From contig JAUCBJ010007485.1 of NCBI GenBank assembly GCA_032718475.1, positions 9,293 to 73,292 of the forward strand: DNA of 64,000 nt. Direction: 5' to 3'. Numbering within the stretch: position 1 is the stretch's first letter; each line of letters opens with the position of its first letter. This DNA is from Nemertoderma westbladi (Eukaryota; Animalia; Xenacoelomorpha). This document shows positions 43,026-53,132 of this stretch, piece by piece. Under the pieces are notes generated by a model. The model ran no database searches and had not been told where the DNA came from. It worked only from the letters and a program-made list of their open reading frames with translations. A program made the position numbers and the translations under genes.

Positions 43026-44258
43026 TCAACTACGTCCGTTTGATAAAGAAGGCATTACGTCTGACATACTCTCACCGCCAGACATCCGTTTATAAGAAAC
43101 TCCGCCATCTCGTTTCCTCGAGTTATTGTGTCTCCTCCGACCCTCCACAATGAAGGCCAATATCTTGGTTTTATTGTGGTAGAGGATATATAAAGACACG
43201 CAACATAGGAGACCCACAACCATGTAGGTCATAAATGAGCTGCTGCTATCGGTGTCTGGGACATCTACGGCATTAAAGAACCCATCGCCACGAGCTACGG
43301 GGATCCGCGAGTCAATACCAGTGTCTTCGTCTAGATCAATATCCTCGGCATGTTCAGATTCCGGTTCTTTTTCAGTTTCTGGTTCTTTAGCAGTTTCCGG
43401 TTCTTTAGCAGTTTCCAGTTCTTTATCAGTTTCCGATTCTTTGTCAGTTTCAGGTTCTTTATCAGTTTCCGGTTCTTTGTCAGTTTCCGGTTCTTTATCA
43501 GTTTCCAAATCTTTGTCAGTTTCCGTTACTTTTTCATTTTCTTTAACAGTTTCGGATTCTGGCTCATTGTCAGTTTCCACTTCCGGTTCTTTATCAGTTT
43601 CCGTTTCTTTGTTAGTTTCCGGTTCCTTGTTAATTTCTGGTTCCGACTTGTTTTCAGCTTCAGGTTCTTTGTCAGGTTCCGGTTCTTTGTCAATGTCCGG
43701 TTCTTTGCCAGTTTCCGGTTCTTTGTCAGTCTCCGGTTCTTTGTCAGTTTCCAGTTCTCTGTCAGTTTCCGGTTCTTTGTCAGTTTCCGGTTCTTTGTCA
43801 GTTTCCGGTTCTTTGTCAGTTTCTGGTTCTTTGTCAGTTTCCGGTTCTTTGTCAGTTTCCGGTTCTTTGTCAGTTTCCGGTTCTTTGTCAGTTTCCGGTT
43901 CTTTGTCAGTTTCCGGTTCCTTGTCAGTTTCCGGTTCTTTGTCAGTTTCCGGTTCTTTGTCAGTTTCCGGTTCTTTGTCTTTTACAGAAGCTTTCTCCTC
44001 TAATTCACTTTCAATAGTTTCTATTTCATTTTCTTCTGATTCCTTAGGCCTAACTGTACCACCTGGTTTGCGGTATGTTTCTTTAAACGTACTGGTAGGT
44101 TTATTTCCAGAATCGATATGACCTTCCGTTGCTATGTAACTTGTAGCGCTTTGCAGTTCCTGAGATGAGTTTGTGGTGCTTACATCAGGCCCAAACGTTG
44201 ATATGGGCAATGATTGACACCCAACAGCCGTTAAGGACAGCAAATAAATTAACAACAT
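43026..44258 (-). CDS. Trans-Golgi network integral membrane protein family (TGN38/TGN46/TGOLN2 or KCT2-like), 410 aa
   Basis: Signal peptide; acidic lumenal domain with (KEPETD)n; TM segment followed by YHNKTKILAFIVEGRR (compare HNKRKIIAFVLEGKR of TGN46); YKRM tyrosine sorting motif equivalent to YQRL. Confidence 0.9.
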   Translation of the reverse strand: MLLIYLLSLTAVGCQSLPISTFGPDVSTTNSSQELQSATSYIATEGHIDSGNKPTSTFKETYRKPGGTVRPKESEENEIETIESELEEKASVKDKEPETDKEPETDKEPETDKEPETDKEPETDKEPETDKEPETDKEPETDKEPETDKEPETDKEPETDKEPETDRELETDKEPETDKEPETGKEPDIDKEPEPDKEPEAENKSEPEINKEPETNKETETDKEPEVETDNEPESETVKENEKVTETDKDLETDKEPETDKEPETDKEPETDKESETDKELETAKEPETAKEPETEKEPESEHAEDIDLDEDTGIDSRIPVARGDGFFNAVDVPDTDSSSSFMTYMVVGLLCCVSLYILYHNKTKILAFIVEGRRRHNNSRKRDGGVSYKRMSGGESMSDVMPSLSNGRS

Positions 44259-44576
44259 ATTTTCTTACACGGAGAGCTTCGTAATTAGTTACATTTAATA
44301 TGCCAGTAGGCCTACTTAATTTATCGGCCTATCAGCAATATGAATTCAATATATAAGGGATACAAATAATAACTTTATAGGAGAGGACGTTGTAGAGGAC
44401 TAGGACTAGAGGTCTAATTAAATTTGCCTAATGGCTAGAACTGAGAACTGCCTAGCCAGATTGAAGACACACTCAGACGCTGCCCTGCACCATCTGGTGG
44501 ATTGTGAAAACCAAATTTTTGACGGAATCCCAGACTGTAGGCCTAGCGGTAGGCCTATATAATTGTATTGATCAGC

Positions 44577-45232
44577 TCAGCTCTCGGGGCAAATACCACA
44601 ATCTAGTTTGCCATTCCACAGGGTACGGTAGGTGTTGCAGTCAATGAAGTGGAGGCCGATATGAGGCTCATCACCAAAACCTACTCTGACGCACATGACC
44701 CACCATTGGCTGTGCGTGCAGCTCATCTGCTCGGCCATGCCCTGTACCCCTAGTGCCAGGTGCAGGTCGCAGTGAAGTACACTCAAGAGTGGACATGAGA
44801 ACACTCTACTCTTGCCTGACAGCCTGACCAGCCATTCACCATCCGTCTGGCCAGGCCATAGGGCCTACACCTGTACACAGATACAGCCATATACCCTGCC
44901 AGCCTGCAGCCAAGAATATGGGTCCTTAATCCAGGACCAAGGGCGTCCTTATCCCCCAGAACGAAGGGGGTCATTAGTTAGGGCTACTCGCCTACAGGCA
45001 GACAGGACCCAGGGACCAGATTTGCCCTAGTAAGAGGGTCTATGCAGCCACAGGTGGCACCTCCTTTACACTTTATGCCGCATTACTGCATTAAGGTGGC
45101 AAGTTTTCTTGATCAATGACCTGAGTGCATTGCATGGAATACCGGTACCTGACTGCCTGACCTGACCCTAACAGCCTAAAGCCGACACTGCATTAAAAAT
45201 GGAGCTACACTGCAATGCAGCATGCCGATCCT
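44577..45232 (+). mobile_element. Putative non-autonomous RTE-dependent retroposon (SINE-like or internally deleted LINE)
   Basis: GC-richer block ending TAAAAATGGAGCTACACTGCAATGCAGCATGCCGATCCTA, matching the 3' end of the RTE at 12831-12865. The 5' boundary is approximate. Confidence 0.6.
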
Positions 45233-45984
45233 ACCAGCCTACTGCTGTACTGCTGTACTGTAGTATTTGGGAGTATACAGGACAGGCTGACAGGCAGACA
45301 GGTATAGATTGGGTGTTGAACTCATGACATACGATGCGAAGTGGGCATCGCGACGCGACGCAGTAGGTAGGTAGTATGGTTGATTTTTGCAAATTATGAA
45401 ACTCAAACATGCGAAATACCGGTCAGCCGGTACTGCTGCACTGTACTGAAATAGTACTGCTGCACTGTACTGAAATAGGCCTAATAAGCTAATCGAAATT
45501 AAAAATAAACAGCTAAATAATACCGGTAACCTCATACAGCTGTACAGTCATCGGCAATCGGCTCCGGTAACCGGTATTACTGTATTAATTAACCGCAAAA
45601 TTTTTTATTGTCCATTTAAATCACTTCAAAATTCATCTTTTTATCTTTACAGCTTTGTGTCCTCCGGAAATTTACCGTTAGGTTCCATGCTACCGGTTTC
45701 TCTACTGCTGTTCTCTCAGGCTATCAGTACAGTACCGCAACCGGTATTAGTATATAGAGCACTATTTTGCAGTATCAGAGTATTGCTGTATTTATACTGC
45801 TTTATACCTACATCTGTACGATGTAGGTATAAAGCAGGTATTTTAGGTATTTTAGTACTGGTAACTGGCACCGGTACTGCTGTAGGCCTACTGCCTACTT
45901 TCAGACTGTGTAGCCTACCATTTAAATACGGTAATGATAGGCCTACCATTTAATACGGTAATGGTAGGCCTACCGGCTGACCGG

Positions 45985-46580
45985 TTGTTTTGGTTAGAAA
46001 ATCCCGCCTCTGTAACCTGCTCCTTTCCCTGATTTGGTAAAGTGACAGTTTATTGTTTTGGTTAGAAAGGCCCGCCTCTTTAACCTGCTCCTTTCCTTCA
46101 TTTTGTAAAGTGACTGTTTATTGTTTTGGTTAGAAAATCCCGCCTCTGTAACCTGCCCGCTGCCCCTTTCCCTCAATTAGTTAAATGGTCGTTTATTGTT
46201 TTGGTTAGAAAATCCGCCTCTGTAACCTGCTCCTTTCCCTCAATTAGTTAAGTGATCGTTTATTGATTTGGTTAGGAAATCCCGCCTCTGTAACCTGCTC
46301 CTTTCTCTCAATTGGTAATGTTATCGTTTATTGTTTTGGTTAGAAAAAACCATCTATGTAACCTGCTCCTTTCCTTCATTTAAAGTAAAGTGCTTGTTTA
46401 TTGTTTTGGTTAGAAAATCCCGCCTCTGTAACCTGCTCCTTTCCCTGATTTGGTAAAGTGACCGTTTATTGTTTTGGTTAGAAAGGCTAGCGCTAGCCTC
46501 TGTAACCTGCTCCTTTCCTTCATTTGGTAAAGTAACTGTTTATTGTTTTGGTTAGAAAATCCGGCCTTAACCTGCTCCTT
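45985..46580. repeat. About 68-bp minisatellite (TTGTTTTGGTTAGAAAATCCCGCCTCTGTAACCTGCTCCTTTCCC...), about 9 units
   Basis: Period 68 between 45985 and 46053. Confidence 0.9.
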
Positions 46581-49383
46581 TCAGCCTTTCCATCAATTTG
46601 TAATTTTTTTTGGCTATAAAATGAGTGTTTTGCTACGTCATGTGGTAATCGATTATCGACAACAACCACAAAGAGTCTTTCAGTCTTATACCACAGGCGC
46701 ATATGGAAATATATCTCATAGTCATAGTCTATAAATAATGGAATTTTGAATGTTTTGGCACAGGCATAGTGAAACCAACTGTCCGACAGACCAGAAATCA
46801 ACAAATTTTGAATGTTTTGGCATAGGCATGTTGAAATCAACTGTCTGACAGTCCAGAAATCAGCAGTCTGACAGTTTGAAGAAATACATACATAAAAAAG
46901 TCATTAAAGGGACAACAAAAGTCATTCTGTCATTATGCACAATTCGTAAAAAAAGGAGGACAAAAAAAGTCAAATAAAAGGACATAAAAAATCACTGCCT
47001 TAATTAACTCTAACCAGAAAACATACTGGTACTGGTAGAGATGCCACGATGCAGACATCAGAGAATCGGAGTCGGCATGGGGCGAACTTCAGCATAAAGA
47101 TAAGATAAATATGTTCGGTTTGGTTGGACATCGCTGATCTTTATGGGTTACTTCAAACTAGCCTAGAATTTACTTATTTTCGTTTTAATGGGAAATTTTG
47201 CGAACAAAAAGACGGCCTAGGCATGGGGAATAGACTAGCCGGAGTTGTGTGCATTCTGACATTTCATTGAACAATTACCATAAGCATAAACTTTAAATGC
47301 ATTACTGAAGAATGCAAATTTTAAATTTCTAAATACAAAGGCTTTTCTAAAAATTAAGGAATTCTTGTGAAATTTGGCATGAATTATGATTGGGTGATTC
47401 TTAACACCCCCTATTACCACTTTATTAATTTTCTTTGTTATAGCTGAAATATTTAACAAATGTGTAGATTTTTGACCAAAAATGGCGAAATCTTTCAAAA
47501 ATATACATCAACAAATCGGATAATTAAAATAATTTTTGAAAAGATGCATTTAACAAAATGGTGGTAATAGGATCGATTCACCATATCATTGTGCACAAAT
47601 CATAACATTTTGGGCACTTGATGACCTTCCCGCTAAAAGACTTTGCATTTTAAAGAATAATTCCATAAAATTACTGTTATGTTAATTCGGTTATAAATTA
47701 AAAATTTCGAAAACTTTTTATCCACCTATTCTATAACATGTGTACCAAATGTCAATAATTTTGGGTAAAACGAATTCTCCTAAATAAGGGAGTACAATTT
47801 TTTGGTTAATTAGTCAACCCCCCCCCCCCCCCCCCCCCCCCCTCCCAGGGGTGGTGGGGGGGGGGGGGGGGGGGGTTGAGTAAGTCAAACAAAGGTACAC
47901 ATTTTGGATGAACCGCTCAATGAAATTTCATGAAATTTGGAACTCGGATTGACCGGATTGATCTACCCGGACAAATGTAGAACCTCAAAAAAAAAAATAA
48001 AAAAATAACGTCCGCCAAAAATAAGACCGTTTTTTGAAAATTACTTGTATTTAAAAAATATATATATATAAATCATCAAAAAAGCATCCAACTGACAAAA
48101 CATCTGAATTATTAGAAGTTCCACGGGTAGACAGCATTGATGCTGAGAATCAAAGAAAATTTCATAAAGTTTCATCTGGTACTGTAGTTCCTGAGAAATA
48201 TGTACCTTTGTGTAAAAAAAAACATGAAATAGTACATTTCAAACCTTTCCGCCAAATTTTTCTGTTTAGATTTTCCAAATATGATCCAAAATTATGAAAT
48301 GAAAGCACACCACCTTACAAAAATTTTGCTGTAGGTGTTTTCATTGTTGGTGATTTCATTTCCGATGTCAGTTTTTTCATTTGAGTGAATCTAGCGCTGC
48401 TGTATACAGTACATACTGTGTGGTATATTGTATTTCTCTGTCTGTCGGACTGTCAGTCAAAAAATAAGAAATCACACCACTAAACTGAGGTTTTCGTTAA
48501 ATGGGGTTTCATGGTCGGTGACTCCATATCAGATGTTAATTTTAATGTTTGGAGGAATCTACTGTAGATTGCCTTTAAAAACTGTCTGTATGTCTGTCGG
48601 TCTTTCTGACCGTCTGTCTATCAAAAAATAAGGAAGCATACCGCAAATGTAGAATTATTGTTATGTGGGTTTTATGGTCGGTGCTTTCATTTCTGATGTT
48701 AATATTTACGGTTGAAGAAATCTAGACTGTTTTTGTTCTACTGACATACATACAGACAGACAGACACAACAGACAAACGGACAGACAGACAATCCAAATC
48801 AAATTTAAAGAAAAAAACGGATATCAGCAATTAAACCCTTTACTAAGTAAACCCCCATACCGAAAATTATAATTAGGTAATGTCCTTCCTTATTTTTTTA
48901 ACGGACAGAAAAACCGACAGGCGGACAACACTGACATACAGACAACTACGTCTGGTGCTATGACTTTAAGGTTTCAATTTCTGTAATCTACGAAAAAGTT
49001 TGACTTTGATTCAATAAAAAAAATTTTGAAGAAAAAAAAATTTTTCGTGAAAATTTGCAGGGTACCCTGTCCCCTTAAATTATTATTAAACTGTAATACT
49101 TTATTAAGTTAATTATTAAGTTAATCTACTCTCATCTTCTCCTGGTGCAAATTAATCTACTCTCATCTTCTCCTGATGCAAATTAATCTACTCTAATTTA
49201 CTCTTGCTGCATACTTTTACTTATTATATCTACTATATACTGTAATTATATTTATTCCAAAATTGTAACATTACTCAACGCTGTTAGTATTAACAGCGAG
49301 TTGTTACAGTATTTAGCCCTTTACAACTTTAGAGGACATTACAGCATTGTATTGGCCTATACATTTAGTATTGTATTTGGTGT

Positions 49384-49474
49384 TATTGTTTACCCGGTAA
49401 CCCATGACGGCGTTAAGTAATGTCCACTAAGGGGACATTACATAACGCTGTCATTGGATACCACGTAAACAATA
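49384..49474. repeat. About 91-bp imperfect palindrome (44-bp arms)
   Basis: Left arm TATTGTTTACCCGGTAACCCATGACGGCGTTAAGTAATGTCCAC versus reverse complement of right arm TATTGTTTACGTGGTATCCAATGACAGCGTTATGTAATGTCCCC. Confidence 0.85.
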
Positions 49475-50205
49475 GGTAAAAATTTGCCTGACAGCCAGAT
49501 AGGCCTACTGTATTACCTACCGGTAGGCGGGGTATAGCTATTAATAACCAGTTGGGCCTAGCTATATTATTATAACATGGCTCCAAACGCCACCATAAAT
49601 ATAAGCTAACTTACTTTATAACATAATTTTATGTCATTTTTACGTTTATTCATACAGCAACTAATATAATTTGTGCAGTTTCTATCACTTATATAGTGTA
49701 TATGTACAATGTACAATCATTTCGTAATGTTACAATTTTGTAATAAAACTACATAGATACGTGTTGCAAAGTACTTTACAGTGTTGTGATCCTCGTGGCT
49801 TTATTTTCACTCACTCACTAACGTTCGTTCGTGTAACAAAGTCACTGGGATCCTCACACTGTAAAGTGCTGCTTTACACACAAGTATGTAAATAGTTATT
49901 ACTTAAAATCAACTCTATTATTACATTCATTGGACCAATCTCTTTCGATCTTGTTTTTCATCCGTTTGTCCCGTTTTAACATAACTTAACAATATTATTA
50001 TGGATGTTAGACCGTTAAAACGATTAATATATATTATTAATTATTATTAATATTGTACCGATATATTCAGATACCGCAGTGAAAGTATTTCAATTAATCT
50101 TTGTTTCTATCTTCCAGAATGTGTTGTTGTGTACCAGCAGTGTTGTAAGAAGGATTTGGTAGTATGGGGGGTGGTTAATTAACGTAGTCGGTTTGTTATA
50201 ATAAA

Positions 50206-50822
50206 TGTAAGCGGATCCAATTCACTGCACTACCCAGCGGAAAATGGGGAAAGTGGCTTTTACCAATTATAATTGGCTAGGTGACATTAGGAATATAATG
50301 TCACCTAATAACCAATGAAGGAGGCAATACACGTTGCCAGCCACAAGTAGAGATAAGAGGCTACAAGCCATCTCAGGGGAACTAAAGGGGCTAGCACGTG
50401 GGCATAAAGGGAACAGGGAGTGCCAAGGAAAGGAAGGATAGGTTAGCCAATGATGGGGTAGAACACCATCTGATAGGGGTGCATTCATTGACCAGGCCAC
50501 GTAACAGTAGCAATATGTTAGTAATATAACCGTTGCATTTATTACCTGTTGTTCAGTTGGTTTGTGTAGAGCTGTGGAAGCAAGACGGTTTCAACCGTTG
50601 TCATTAACCGTGCTATTATTATATTCTGATTGTGCTATTACAGTACTGTATTCTGACATTACGAACAACTGCCAGTAAAACTCAGTTACTCAACCGGCCT
50701 CCGGCCTTTCAAACTCAGGTACCATAAGCCTTTCAGCAGCCTACGGATGCGGCGACGCGTATAACCCAAAAGTAAACACACACCGATCGGGATTCCCTCG
50801 CCAACGCGGGGATCCCATCACA
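50206..50822 (+). mobile_element. Solo LTR, 617 bp
   Basis: TGT...ACA termini with imperfect inverted ends (TGTAAGCGGATCC / GGATCCCATCACA), 5-bp TSD ATAAA (50201-50205 and 50823-50827), and internal TATA-like and AGTAAA signals. Confidence 0.8.
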
Positions 50823-53132
50823 ATAAACATTGAAAAAAAATTGTTTAAATGAAAAGGTCCGCTTTTCACAAATGTGCCCCACCCCACTCAAGATGCTGCC
50901 TATATAGTTTGGCTGACTTAAGGTACATTTGTAAGAAGCTTGGCAAGGATTCTTCAAACATTCTCCGTCTAGCCAGCTTATGTACGTTTACCACAGGAAG
51001 GCCTAGCTGAGAGATATGCCTACAGTATAACAAAAATAAGAAAAATACATTTCGATAACGATGGCAGTAAAAAAACCATGTTATACTGTATTTCGGCTCC
51101 TTTGAGTTGATGCCCATATGTGGGACATGATGCAATAATATGGTGGATGTGGTGCGCAATGCTGTGATACCAATGGAAAGGCCTCTGACTGAGCCGTCAC
51201 CTGATGGGTGTGATGTCATGTCAGGTCTCTACAAGTCTCCCTTTACACGAGGAAGGATAATATATGGTTGGGGCTCGAGTGGCTTTTGGCTTCAGCCATA
51301 AATATAATTAAATATTATGAACAATTATTTTTTCTCTCTGCCCACCTTTGCACACCTCGTTGGTTTGGGACAGCCCTGACCCCTCGATTGATTTGGCTCT
51401 CCATTCCATGCAGGCAGCGCCAGTCTCCGGGCCGCCTGTAAACTCGTGATTCCATGCAGGCAGCGCTAGCCTCCGGACCGCCTGTAAACTCGTTCCAGGC
51501 TAGAGGGGGGTGGGGGAGGGGGGGTGGTGTGGTAGCGCAGGCTTGCTAGATATATACTGTTTACGCTAGATATATAGTTTTATATTTGAATGTTATAGTT
51601 GTCAGTGATATTGTTCACCTTATTCCACAAATTTTAACATTTTTTATGTCCCGCATTGGTGTAGTGGTGGAATCGTTACGTTGAAATAGCGTCTCAGACT
51701 CCACATGTGGTGTTTAAGCCCAACATAAGTGTAAAGGCTTTTGCGTAATTAGCCGGTTATTTTCCCCGTAAAGTACTCTGTAGTTGGTTTAACAGGCATA
51801 AAAGGCCGTGTCCTTACTGTACTGTTGTTTTAGAGGACATAAAAGCCATTTCTTCTGTATGTGTACTTTAGCGGACATAACTAGCAATTTTATGTCGCAA
51901 TACGCTAAAATCCTCTTGACACAGTGTAGTTACTATGACGACGGCTAACAGCTGATCTGTACACGTGTAGCTTTTTCTTTGTTCCTTTGTTCGGACAACC
52001 AATCAGAGCGATTCTCCTGTTATTTGTACAGAAACCTCCGGGAAATCGCGCAATGCATTACTGTTTATGTTTACATTTTTTCCTGATGCCAGAAGACCGG
52101 CTTTGGAATCTCTGTGTTTTCAGGCCTTAGCAAAACATTAGTAGGCTTGATCATAGAACGTATAACCGTTATCAAACAAACAATACAAACTAATCAATAT
52201 CAAACCAAAACACCGCATTTTTACTGCTATTTACTGTTTATTCGGTTATTAATTATATCAGTGGATGGAATATTATTATATTGGATAATATCGCTAAATA
52301 ATCAGAAACCCCAATCTTCTTGATATACTGAAGGTTAGAGAGACCGGTTACATATAACAATTGCGACTTACATTATATTGGTTTTGGAGTGAATCTAATG
52401 CTATTTCATAGGCACTACATGAGTCAGTGGTTGTTCTCTTTATATGTGACTAAAATTAGTGAAGGTCGGCAGATCGGTGTGCAGCATTGTGCGGTAGTGT
52501 GCATGATTGTGACTGATAACGAAGCATCTCCTAAAGAATGCGCTTTATACGTGAATCCATAGCCATCCCGTTGTGTCTAGTGTAAGTCATAACTCTGTTT
52601 ACATATTTAGAGCGCCACGTCCTAAAGGAACTGTTAATATTTCCCGAAAGTGAATAATATTTGTCAGAAATTATATATTAACGATCAGTCGAATAATACA
52701 GTAGGCCTACACCGCAATAAGGTCAAAGCTTCCGAATCCAGTCTCCCAGGTATATCCAGCGGGTGAATGGTCGCGCATAGACTGGCTTTGGCTAATGTAG
52801 TGTATTAAATACTCATCATAGGCTAAAGTCGATTTATAATCTAGAAGACATCTAAATTTGGCAGGTTAAACTGCTAAAGGTCTGAAAGCGCGAACAATAA
52901 CGGTTATTGCTTCTGTATTGCAGTAGGAAATATCGACCGGTACCTAGTAGGCCTGACTACCTAACCACCCGGACCGGTACTTACAGCAGTACAGGTACAG
53001 CAGTATTATTCAATTTGATAATTATATACCGGTAGGCCTTAATATTGAATCAGGGAGGGCCCGCCCTGGTTTATTCGGTTTGTTGCGGTTTATTCGGTTT
53101 GTTGCGGTTTATTGCGGTTTATTCGGACCCCC

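Noticed and set aside
43153-43163. 11-bp match (AAGGCCAATAT) between the TGN38-family CDS and the adjacent satellite monomer
   Set aside because: Too short to show the array derives from the CDS; it could be chance.
43252-44121. Plus-strand Ser/Val-rich and Phe-rich ORFs
   Set aside because: They are antisense shadows of the (KEPETD)n coding repeat.
47815-47880. Long C-run facing a long G-run (hairpin or G4)
   Set aside because: Homopolymer tracts in degenerate repeat DNA; lengths are unreliable and no function is supportable.
45640-50165. Strong-looking plus-strand splice acceptors (about 45652 and 50118) suggesting a divergent transcript
   Set aside because: No coherent coding frame or second line of evidence from sequence alone.
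50206-50822. 5' LTR of the BEL/Pao element
   Set aside because: It has the same 5-bp TSD on both sides (solo LTR) and lies 2.3 kb from the gag frame with no PBS evident.
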